A stretch of DNA of 32,000 bases from Tannockella kyphosi (lineage in GTDB: Bacteria > Bacillota_I > Bacilli_A > Erysipelotrichales > Coprobacillaceae), in the NCBI RefSeq assembly GCF_021054785.1, contig NZ_CP088239.1, positions 1,740,001-1,772,000 on the forward strand. The letters run 5' to 3'. The stretch's first letter is position 1. Each line of letters opens with the position of its first letter. The position numbers and the translations under genes are program-made. Shown here piece by piece: positions 17,351-25,398 of the stretch. The notes under the pieces are model-generated. The model saw nothing but the letters and a program-made list of their open reading frames with translations, had not been told where the DNA came from and did no database searches.

Positions 17351-17647
17351 CTATTCACTAGCCACTTCTAAAAGCAAATCAGTAATTTTTTTCTCTGTAG
17401 CCTCTTTATTAACACCTGATATCAAACCAAATACACTCATACATGGTTTTTCTAAGGGTTTGCGATAATTTGAGGTCGTTAAGATAACATCAACAGAATC
17501 TTGTTTACCAGGAATTTCTGATAAATTAGATTTTACAATTTTTGCTTCTATCCCTGCTTTTTTCACTAATACCTTTACTGCTTCTTGAGCAATTGTAGAA
17601 GTTGCTATTCCACTCCCACATGCAACCAATATTGTTATAGGTTTCAT
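17351..17647 (-). CDS. PTS EIIB component, galactitol (Gat) family
   Basis: MKPITILVACGSGIATSTIAQEAV carries the active-site Cys context of GatB-type IIB proteins. About 98 aa from ATG 17647 (AAAGGAAG RBS). Confidence 0.85.
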   Translation of the reverse strand: MKPITILVACGSGIATSTIAQEAVKVLVKKAGIEAKIVKSNLSEIPGKQDSVDVILTTSNYRKPLEKPCMSVFGLISGVNKEATEKKITDLLLEVASE

Positions 17648-17668
17648 TTTTCCGCTTCCTTTCATTAT

Positions 17669-18208
17669 TTATTCAATACTGGCATGTCTCTTTGACATGC
17701 TTTTGTTTTTATCTTCTCCAGCACTGCTTATCATCAAAACGATTCCATCAAAAATTATAAGTAACATTTGTTCAAACAAACTTCCTAAGGGTTGTACGCT
17801 TGCTTTAGACTCTGCATATTTAGTTGCTGTATCAATTCTAATTAAAGGCTCATGATTTGTACTTAGGGTTGAAGCATTACTTCCTGTTAAAACAATAACA
17901 GTAGCTCCTTGTTTTACTCCCTCATCCGCAGCATTACAAACGCTTGAAGTTTCTCCAGAAGCAGATGCAACTATTAACAAATCACCATCCTCGATTGAAG
18001 GCGTTGTGGTTTCACCAATAACATACGAGTTATACCCTAATTGCATCAATCTCATAGCAAATGTTTTCAACATTAATCCGGTTCTTCCTGTTCCATAGAC
18101 AAATATTCTTTTATGGCTATTTATCGCGCCAATAAAGGTACTCAACTCTTCGTCCTTCACTTGTCTGGCACTAACTTCTAATTCTTTTATAATTATTTCT
18201 AACGACAT
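17669..18208 (-). CDS. SIS-domain protein, 6-phospho-3-hexuloisomerase (PHI/HxlB)-like
   Basis: 179 aa. RIFVYGTGRTGLMLKTFAMRLMQLGYNSYVIGETTTPSI, LLIVASASGET and QPLGSLFEQMLLIIFDG match the PHI family pattern as I remember it. Confidence 0.7.
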   Translation of the reverse strand: MSLEIIIKELEVSARQVKDEELSTFIGAINSHKRIFVYGTGRTGLMLKTFAMRLMQLGYNSYVIGETTTPSIEDGDLLIVASASGETSSVCNAADEGVKQGATVIVLTGSNASTLSTNHEPLIRIDTATKYAESKASVQPLGSLFEQMLLIIFDGIVLMISSAGEDKNKSMSKRHASIE

Positions 18209-18229
18209 AATATATCTCCCACATTCTTT

Positions 18230-18673
18230 TTATCCGATTTTTTCTGAAAAATATTTGATTAAATCTTCGCCTTCTAGTTTTTGACACATATTCAAGCATT
18301 CTTTATCGTCCAAAAAAGTCATCATATTTTGCAAGAATTTTATATGCTGTGATGAATCTTTTATGGCAAGATTAAAAATAAGACTTGTTTCTATCTCTTC
18401 TTCGACATCATCCATCCTATTGAATGTAACGGGATGATCCAACTTAAGAAAGCATATGCAACTTTCCGTAATACCATCATCACCCGCATGAGGCATAGCT
18501 GTAGGAATTACAGTCGGAAGTCCCGTTGGATACTCTTCTTCACGGCAAATACAAGAGTTCGCAAATTCTTCTGAAACTATTCCTTTTTCATATAGTGCAT
18601 TCGCACATAGCTTAATCGCTTCATACTTGTCTTTTGCCGACCCTTTGATTACTACATATCTATTCGAGACCAT
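18230..18673 (-). CDS. PTS EIIA component (mannitol/fructose/galactitol-type, EIIA_2)
   Basis: 147 aa. Phosphorylatable His context VIPTAMPHAG. Sits between the EIIC and PHI genes. Confidence 0.85.
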   Translation of the reverse strand: MVSNRYVVIKGSAKDKYEAIKLCANALYEKGIVSEEFANSCICREEEYPTGLPTVIPTAMPHAGDDGITESCICFLKLDHPVTFNRMDDVEEEIETSLIFNLAIKDSSQHIKFLQNMMTFLDDKECLNMCQKLEGEDLIKYFSEKIG

Positions 18674-18688
18674 TTTAATTACCTACCT

Positions 18689-19945
18689 TTACCCAAAGAT
18701 TAATTTAAGGAATGAAACAAATAAATTCCCAGGATTCCATCCAAAATGTGAAGCAGTGATAAATCCTTCAATTTCTACACCTGTCACTGATAACATTTGT
18801 GTTGCTTCTGGTATAAACATATTTGCAAAAAATAAAGTTGTTGTCATCATAAAGACCATACATGTTAAAGTTCTAACAATATTTCCCTTACTAGCTAATA
18901 CACACATCGGAGCAACATAGCATACCTCTGCTAAAATAGCTAATGGGAAGAATCTCATATCTGGAAGCATTAATGCAATAAGAATAGTAACTGGAATCAT
19001 AACAGCTGTACAAGTGATACAAGCTGGATCTCCAAGACCTAAAGCAATATCCATCCCAATATAAATATCCGCATCAGGACCGATTTTTTTACGCATATAA
19101 TCATTTGCTGCTCCACCCATAGGAGATAAACCTTCCATCATGATACTAACCATTCTAGGAATTAATACCATTGCCGCTGCTACTCCCATACAAATTGTTA
19201 AAATACTAGAGAAACTTTGTTGAGTTAATACCCCTAAGAAAAGCCCTACAAAAATACCAATAACTGCTGGATCACCTAAAACTCCAAATTTTTCTGAAAC
19301 TCTATCAATATTAGCATCTAAATCTTTTACTACAGGAATTTTATCTATAATTTTATTAATTACATAACAAATTGGATATGTCCAAGCACAGAAAGATAAT
19401 GTTGTACATGTTGTCCCTTCTAACCCAAAATACTCAGACCATTTTGGAGCTAACCATTGCGCAAAGAATAATGCAATCATCCCACATCCAAATGCAACTG
19501 CAAAACCAAGAATCGCACTGCCAAATAGAGCATAAGCTAAAGCACCAGGAACTAAGAAGTGCATGAAATTCCAAATATCTACATTTAATACTTTTGTTAT
19601 TTTTAATCTTACTAAAATAATATTAACGATAATAATCGCTGGTACTACAAACACAGCAAACGGAACTGTCCAAGACGCCGCACCTAATGCAGCAAATCCA
19701 ATTTCCAATGCATCATAACCAGTACCCATACTACTATAATAAACCATTACTGGATCAATAGAGTCAATTAACAAAGTTACCGCTAAACATAACCCTTGAA
19801 AACCAATACCTACTAATAAACCAGCTTTAATAGATTGTCCTACTTTCAAACCAAAAAACACGCATAAAGCAGCAATAATTACCGGAAGTAATACTACCGC
19901 ACCCAAATTCATAAATGTTTGAGTAAATTCTAAAATAAATTCCAT
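18689..19945 (-). CDS. PTS EIIC component, galactitol (Gat) family
   Basis: 418-aa polytopic protein. The N-terminus ...LGAVVLLPVIIAALCVFFGLKVGQSIKAGLLVGIGFQGL parallels E. coli GatC (LGPTVMLPIVIIIFSKILGMKAGDCFKAGLHIGIGFVGI). Confidence 0.9.
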   Translation of the reverse strand: MEFILEFTQTFMNLGAVVLLPVIIAALCVFFGLKVGQSIKAGLLVGIGFQGLCLAVTLLIDSIDPVMVYYSSMGTGYDALEIGFAALGAASWTVPFAVFVVPAIIIVNIILVRLKITKVLNVDIWNFMHFLVPGALAYALFGSAILGFAVAFGCGMIALFFAQWLAPKWSEYFGLEGTTCTTLSFCAWTYPICYVINKIIDKIPVVKDLDANIDRVSEKFGVLGDPAVIGIFVGLFLGVLTQQSFSSILTICMGVAAAMVLIPRMVSIMMEGLSPMGGAANDYMRKKIGPDADIYIGMDIALGLGDPACITCTAVMIPVTILIALMLPDMRFFPLAILAEVCYVAPMCVLASKGNIVRTLTCMVFMMTTTLFFANMFIPEATQMLSVTGVEIEGFITASHFGWNPGNLFVSFLKLIFG

Positions 19946-20037
19946 ATTTTTATCTTATAGTGACTATCACTATATTTCCCTCTCATTTTATTATTACATA
20001 TTATTTAAATTACTTCTATATTTGCGTCTCAACTAAA

Positions 20038-20790
20038 TTAAGCAATTGTTCTACCGCCATCCAATAAAATAGTTTGCCCTTGTATATAAGAATTTTCAGG
20101 ATCCGCTAAGAAAATAGTTAAGTTTGCAACATCTTGTACCGTTCCCATTCTTCTCACAGGTATGGTATTTAACACTTTATCTAAACTCTCTTGTGTTGGG
20201 TAATTAACTCTCATCATTTCCCCTGTGTCTATTAGTCTAGGAGCAATAGTGTTAACATTCACACCTTTTGGACCTAGTTCTTTCGCCAATCCTCTCATCA
20301 ATCCTTCTCCTCCTGCTTTAGCAGCTGGATAAGGTACAGCTCCACCTGTTCCACTTAATGCAGAACCAGAACTTATATAAACAATAGAGCCTTTATTTGT
20401 TAAAAAATCATTATAAAACGCTTTAACCGTTGTAAATAAACCTCCTAAATTAATATTTACAATTTTATACCAGTCATCCATAGTCACATTATCCACAGTG
20501 CTTTTCATTGCGATACCTGCATTTAACACTAATACATCGATTCTTCCAAATTTTTCAAATACTGACTCACGAATATTTTCCATTGCTACAGCATCTGAAA
20601 CATCAGCAGGTAAAAATATTGATTCACAATATTTTTCACTAATTTCTTTAGCTGTCTGTTCTCCGAAATCTTTATTGTAATCTACTATAACTGTATTTGC
20701 GCCTAGTTTTGAAAATTGCATAGCAATTTCTTTACCTATACCGTGCCCTGCACCGGTAACTAAAACAACTTTATTTTCAAATTTTTTCAT
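20038..20790 (-). CDS. Short-chain dehydrogenase/reductase (SDR), FabG/SrlD-like
   Basis: Cofactor motif TGAGHGIGK, NAG motif and catalytic YPAAK (YxxxK). 250 aa. Confidence 0.9.
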   Translation of the reverse strand: MKKFENKVVLVTGAGHGIGKEIAMQFSKLGANTVIVDYNKDFGEQTAKEISEKYCESIFLPADVSDAVAMENIRESVFEKFGRIDVLVLNAGIAMKSTVDNVTMDDWYKIVNINLGGLFTTVKAFYNDFLTNKGSIVYISSGSALSGTGGAVPYPAAKAGGEGLMRGLAKELGPKGVNVNTIAPRLIDTGEMMRVNYPTQESLDKVLNTIPVRRMGTVQDVANLTIFLADPENSYIQGQTILLDGGRTIA

Positions 20791-20792
20791 AT

Positions 20793-21446
20793 TTACACCT
20801 CTGTAGCTAAAATCTGCTTTAACTCATCATAATTTTGTTTTGGAGTACTGCTAAAAATATATCCCCCTACAACTATCATATCAGCACCAGCTTGAGATAG
20901 TTTTGCGATATTCTTATTATTAACTCCTCCGTCTACTTCTATCTTGATAGGTCTTTCTCCTATCATAATTTTTAAATCTTCAATTTTCTTAATTGTATTT
21001 TCAATAAATGATTGCCCTGGTGTTCCAGGATTTATTGACATAAGTAACACATAGTCTAAATCATCCAATAAACATTCTAACACGCTAATTGGTGTCCCAG
21101 GATTTAAAACAACCCCTGCTGATCTTCCGGCTTTTTTTATTCGCTGTAGCATGTTATGGATATGTGGAGTTGTTTCATAATGCACTGATATCATCTCTGT
21201 TCCAGTTGCTATGATGTCATCTAAATGATCTTTTGGATTTGCCACCATCATATGGACATCAAATATCATAGTAGAAGCCTTCTTCATTTCTGAGATTTGT
21301 AATGCTCCAAATGCAATGTGCGATACATAATTTCCATCCATCATATCGACATGTAAAATTTCTGTCTTTTCATCTTCTAAAAATTCTAATTCTTCTTTCA
21401 ACTTCAGTATGTTGGCTCCAAAAATTGAAGGTAGTATTTGACTCAT
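20793..21446 (-). CDS. Ribulose-phosphate 3-epimerase family protein (RPE/AlsE-like)
   Basis: LPSIFGANILKLKEELEFLE..ILHVDMMDGNYV, FDVHMMV, LLMSINPGTPGQSF and EVDGGVN align with the RPE consensus. GAGGAGGG RBS before ATG 21446; the track start at 21485 is rejected. Confidence 0.85.
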   Translation of the reverse strand: MSQILPSIFGANILKLKEELEFLEDEKTEILHVDMMDGNYVSHIAFGALQISEMKKASTMIFDVHMMVANPKDHLDDIIATGTEMISVHYETTPHIHNMLQRIKKAGRSAGVVLNPGTPISVLECLLDDLDYVLLMSINPGTPGQSFIENTIKKIEDLKIMIGERPIKIEVDGGVNNKNIAKLSQAGADMIVVGGYIFSSTPKQNYDELKQILATEV

Positions 21447-21539
21447 CGTATCCCTCCTCATTTTACGATTTTTTTTGCAAAACAACTGATCAGGTTATTT
21501 TTGCCTTTCAATAGTTCATGAATTATTACACTTTAATTA

Positions 21540-21568
21540 TATAATTATGGTAACCATTCTCAAGTCAA
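21540..21568 (-). promoter_or_regulatory. Weak candidate promoter for the islet operon
   Basis: Minus strand TTGACT (21568-21563), 17 nt, then ATTATA. Other -10 registers are possible in this AT-rich stretch. Confidence 0.3.
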
Positions 21569-21871
21569 GAAAGGTTCATTTATAAGGAAGGGAATTTACA
21601 AATATTTGAAAAAATATATTTTACAAAGGTTTTTTGGCTTTTAGTATTGTAAATATACTCATATTATTGTGATAGTTTTTTTATTTAATGTATTGACTTC
21701 ATACAATTAAATGTTTTTCACCAACCATATTTTGTGGTAAAATATCCTTTTTTACCGCCTAAATAGTGATGGATACTGTAATAAATAGTACTTCTAAAAA
21801 AATATATCGCTTTTTTATATTTCTTTGCAAATCCATATTTTAATTTACGAGTTTAGCTAGCCTTTAAATAA

Positions 21872-22045
21872 AAAAAAGATTATCTTATTAGACAATCTTT
21901 TGTGTTGCTTTTAGTATTTGATACATATCTTCTTCTAATAATACTTTGGCACTACCTATTTTTCCTTTATTTCCTAGGGCACATAAGTTAGCCATTGTGC
22001 GAAGTTGTTGGTCTGTAGCGTTAACACCCAACTCTTCCATTGTAA
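21872..22045. repeat. Direct repeat copy 2 (174 bp): native 3' end plus terminator of the Fe-ADH gene
   Basis: Identical to 14319-14492. Contains the stop codon (21888-21890) and the terminator hairpin AAGAUUGUC-UAAUAA-GAUAAUCUU plus its U-tract. Confidence 0.9.
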
Positions 22046-23075
22046 TAGGCATATCAAGTTGGACAAAGAATTCTTCCAATGTAGCTATCCCTAAAAGAGC
22101 TGTTTTTTCTTTAGATGATTGAACTTTCACTTCCATTACATCGATCGCAAACTTCACAAAACGATCCAAACAATCTAGATAGACATATCTTGCCCAACTT
22201 GGCCATACTACTGCTAATCCAGCACCATGTGCCACATCAAACATACCACCTATTTCATGTTCTAATTTATGAGATGCAAAGTCTCTTTGATCATCTCCAA
22301 AACTAGTTAAGTCATTATGTGACAAACTAGAAGCCCACATAATTTCAGCTCTTGCTTGATAGTTACTAGGATCTTTTTTAAGAATTAATGAATTCTTGAT
22401 TACTGTTCTTAATAGACCTTCTGCTATTGCATCTGTCATTTCCATTTTAGAACCATGAATAAAATATCTTTCTAATGTATGCATTAAAATATCCACACAA
22501 CCACATGCTGTTTGATAATCCGGTAAAGTAATAGTTAGCTCTGGATTCATAATCGCAAATTTCATACGAATATTATCATTATTATGACCTCTTTTTAGGC
22601 CGCCATCTTCGTTGGTAATAACACAACTATTACTCATTTCACTTCCGGCAGCTGCTATTGTTAGAACACATCCTAAAGGTATGGCTCCTGACGAAGCTCC
22701 TTTAAATGAAAACAAATCCCATACATCTCCCTCATATTTCATTCCCCATGCAATCGCTTTTGAGGAATCAATAACACTTCCTCCACCTACTGCTAAAATA
22801 AAATCAACAGATTCTTTTTTACATAATTCTATTCCTTCATATACTTTAGAAAGTCTTGGATTTGGAACTACTCCACCTAATGATACATATTCGATACCTG
22901 CTTGTTTTAATGATGTTTCTATTTCATCTAATAAACCTGTTTTTTTAGCACTATTACTACCATAATGTAATAATACTTTTTTACATTGTTGTTCTTGAAT
23001 TAATTTTCCTACTTCTTTTTGTGATTCTTTACCAAAAACCACTTTTGTAGGTGCATAAAATTGATAAATACTCAT
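21888..23075 (-). CDS. Iron-containing alcohol dehydrogenase (butanol dehydrogenase/YqhD-like)
   Basis: 395 aa. GGGSVIDSSKAIA NAD(P)-binding motif. Metal-binding His region HTLERY...HKLEHEIGGMFDVAHGAGLA. Confidence 0.9.
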   Translation of the reverse strand: MSIYQFYAPTKVVFGKESQKEVGKLIQEQQCKKVLLHYGSNSAKKTGLLDEIETSLKQAGIEYVSLGGVVPNPRLSKVYEGIELCKKESVDFILAVGGGSVIDSSKAIAWGMKYEGDVWDLFSFKGASSGAIPLGCVLTIAAAGSEMSNSCVITNEDGGLKRGHNNDNIRMKFAIMNPELTITLPDYQTACGCVDILMHTLERYFIHGSKMEMTDAIAEGLLRTVIKNSLILKKDPSNYQARAEIMWASSLSHNDLTSFGDDQRDFASHKLEHEIGGMFDVAHGAGLAVVWPSWARYVYLDCLDRFVKFAIDVMEVKVQSSKEKTALLGIATLEEFFVQLDMPITMEELGVNATDQQLRTMANLCALGNKGKIGSAKVLLEEDMYQILKATQKIV

Positions 23076-23132
23076 AATAATTCCTCCCTTATCCTCTTAT
23101 TCATTCTACTCTCATTTTTCAATAATTACTAT

Positions 23133-23163
23133 AAAAAAAGAGTTTGTCATAAGACAAAACTCT
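23133..23163 (-). terminator. Intrinsic terminator of metG
   Basis: Minus RNA GAGUUUUGUC-UUAU-GACAAACUC (one bulged U) followed by 7 U. Overlaps the metG stop codon. Confidence 0.65.
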
Positions 23164-25072
23164 ACTTTATTTTCGTACCATTCGGTAAATTTTCAACACT
23201 AAGTACTTCTAATACTTTCTTTTTACTTCCTGCTAAAATCATACCTTGTGATTCTACACCACGAAGCATTGCTGGTTTTAAGTTTGTTACCACAATTACT
23301 TTTTTACCAATCATATCTTCTGGACAATAGAAATCAGCAATACCAGATACAATTTGTCTTGTTTCTTTTCCAATATTTATTTGAGAAACTAACAATTTAT
23401 CTGCTTCAGGATGTTTTGTACAAGATTCAACTGTACCTACTGTTAATTCTATTTTCATGAAATCTTCTATTCCAATTAAGTTTTCATCTACTACTGGTTC
23501 TTTTTTAGGTTGCATTGCTTCTATTTTCTTTTCAATCTCTTTAGGATCTAATCTTGCAAATAACATTTCTGGTTTCTCTACTACTTTTGTACCATTAACA
23601 TAATTACCAAATGATTCTAAAGATGCAAGATCTTTTAAATCTGTATTAATTTGATCAAGGATTTTACTTGCAGTGGCAGGTAAATAAGCTTCTAACATAA
23701 CTGCGGCAAAGCGAATACTTTCTACTAAGTTATATAATACTGTTTTTAATCTTGGTAAAGAAGCTTCTTCTTTAGCAAGTGCCCAAGGCATTGTTTCATC
23801 AATGTATTTGTTTGTTCTTCTAAGTAATGTGAAGATTTCATCTAAAGCATCACTTGCTTTATGATCATTCATTTTAGCTAATGCCTTAGCAGGCATAGCT
23901 AAAGCAATATCAATTAGTTCTTGATCTATCGCTTCCACTACTCCTGAGTTTTCTACTACTCCATCAAAATATTTATTACTCATTGCAATCGTACGATTTA
24001 CTAAGTTACCTAAAATATTAGCTAAATCAGAATTAATTCTTTCTACTAATAAATCCCAAGTAATTGTTCCATCATTATCATAAGGAATTTCATGTAATAC
24101 ATAATAACGTACTGCATCAACCCCAAATAAATCAGCTAAATCATCCGCATAAATAACATTTCCTTTTGACTTAGACATCTTCCCTTCTCCTTGTAATAAC
24201 CAAGGATGCCCAAATACTTGTTTAGGTAAAGGAATATCTAATGCCATTAACATAATAGGCCAATAAATAGTATGGAAACGAACAATATCTTTCCCTATTA
24301 AATGTAAACTTGCAGGCCAATATTTCTTATATAACTCTCCATGATTCCCATCTACATCATAACCTAATCCTGTAATATAATTAGTTAATGCATCAATCCA
24401 CACATATACCACATGTTTTGGATCAAAATCAACAGGAATAGACCAAGTAAAAGTAGTACGAGAAACACATAAATCTTGTAATCCTGGTTTTAAGAAGTTA
24501 TTCATCATTTCATTTTTTCTAGAAACTGGTTGAATGAATTCTGGATGTTTTTCGATATGTTCAATTAAACGATCTTGATATTTTGATAATTTAAAGAAAT
24601 ATGCTTCTTCTTTTGCATCATGTACATCACCCATACAATCAGGACATTTTCCATCTACTAATTGTGATTCTGTAAAGAATGATTCACAAGCAGTACAGTA
24701 TTTTCCTTCATAATGACCTAAGTAAATATCTCCTTGATCAAATAATTTTTTAAATATTTTTTGTACTTGAGATTTGTGATAAGCATCTGTTGTACGCATG
24801 AAACGATCATAAGTAGTATCCATCATATCCCAAATACGTTTTACTTCTCCTGCTTTTTCATCCACAAATACTTGTGGTTCAATACCTGCTTCTTTTGCTT
24901 TTAATTCAATTTTTTGACCATGTTCATCTGTTCCTGTTTGGAAATAAACATCATACCCTTGTAATCTTTTTGTTCTTGCAATTGCATCTGCTAAAATAAT
25001 TTCATAAGTATTCCCAATATGAGGTTTACCAGAAGTATAAGCAATAGCCGTTGTTAAATAATATTTTTCCAT
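23162..25072 (-). CDS. metG: Methionine--tRNA ligase with C-terminal tRNA-binding (Trbp111/EMAP-like) domain
   Basis: HIGN (HIGH) motif, KMSKS motif and Zn knuckle CTACESFF...CPDCMG. 636 aa. Confidence 0.95.
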   Translation of the reverse strand: MEKYYLTTAIAYTSGKPHIGNTYEIILADAIARTKRLQGYDVYFQTGTDEHGQKIELKAKEAGIEPQVFVDEKAGEVKRIWDMMDTTYDRFMRTTDAYHKSQVQKIFKKLFDQGDIYLGHYEGKYCTACESFFTESQLVDGKCPDCMGDVHDAKEEAYFFKLSKYQDRLIEHIEKHPEFIQPVSRKNEMMNNFLKPGLQDLCVSRTTFTWSIPVDFDPKHVVYVWIDALTNYITGLGYDVDGNHGELYKKYWPASLHLIGKDIVRFHTIYWPIMLMALDIPLPKQVFGHPWLLQGEGKMSKSKGNVIYADDLADLFGVDAVRYYVLHEIPYDNDGTITWDLLVERINSDLANILGNLVNRTIAMSNKYFDGVVENSGVVEAIDQELIDIALAMPAKALAKMNDHKASDALDEIFTLLRRTNKYIDETMPWALAKEEASLPRLKTVLYNLVESIRFAAVMLEAYLPATASKILDQINTDLKDLASLESFGNYVNGTKVVEKPEMLFARLDPKEIEKKIEAMQPKKEPVVDENLIGIEDFMKIELTVGTVESCTKHPEADKLLVSQINIGKETRQIVSGIADFYCPEDMIGKKVIVVTNLKPAMLRGVESQGMILAGSKKKVLEVLSVENLPNGTKIK

Positions 25073-25093
25073 TTTCCTTTTTCCTTTCTATAT

Positions 25094-25310
25094 AAAAAAA
25101 CGCCCTAAATAAAGGACGAAAATATCGCGGTACCACCTTTTTTACATACCATGTATGTCACTCAAATCTTTTAACGCAAGAATACGTTTATCTCTACTAA
25201 TTTCAAGATAACTGCTCATGGGCCATCCAATCAAGTATCACTCTTAGTTTCCACCAACCACTAAGTCTCTATTAGCCAACTTTCTTTTCTTCCAATCATC
25301 GCATTTACTA
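25094..25310 (-). promoter_or_regulatory. T-box leader (tRNA-Met-sensing transcription attenuator) of metG
   Basis: Minus strand carries the T-box core GGTGGTACCGCG (25137-25126) just 5' of the terminator CGUCCU-UUAUUU-AGGGCG + 7 U. An AGAGA box lies in stem I. AUG specifier candidates occur in GGAUGGCCCAUGAGC (25228-25214). Confidence 0.8.
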
Positions 25311-25314
25311 TTAA

Positions 25315-25343
25315 ACTTTATCAAACTAAGATACTAATGTCAA
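25315..25343 (-). promoter_or_regulatory. Sigma-A type promoter of the metG T-box leader
   Basis: Minus strand TTGACA (25343-25338), a 17-nt spacer, then TAAAGT (25320-25315). Confidence 0.55.
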
Positions 25344-25364
25344 CCTTTTCCCATTTAGTATGAA

Positions 25365-25394
25365 ACAAAAATAGTGGGAAACATTCCCCACTAT
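25365..25394 (-). terminator. Intrinsic terminator of the DegV gene
   Basis: Minus RNA AUAGUGGGGA-AUGU-UCCCCACUAU (10-bp stem) followed by UUUUUG. Confidence 0.7.
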
Positions 25395-25398
25395 TTCT

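Larger units (their letters stand above)
14319..22045 (-). other. Carbohydrate-utilisation islet bounded by the 174-bp direct repeats (7379 bp unique DNA + repeats)
   Basis: All eight genes between the repeats form one functional theme (PTS, regulator, sugar-phosphate enzymes) on one strand. The repeats are the 3' end of the flanking gene. A tRNA operon lies immediately outside. Confidence 0.6.

Noticed and set aside
21447-21600. Catabolite-responsive element (cre) near the islet promoter
   Set aside because: No match close to the TGWAANCGNTNWCA consensus could be found by eye. Only partial AT-rich resemblances were present.
14493-21871. Search for an integrase, transposase, relaxase or terminal inverted repeats that would make the islet a classical mobile element
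   Set aside because: All eight ORFs have metabolic, PTS or regulator assignments. No recombinase-like ORF exists in any frame, and I saw no terminal inverted repeats. I therefore describe the segment as a repeat-bounded islet rather than as an IS, transposon or ICE.
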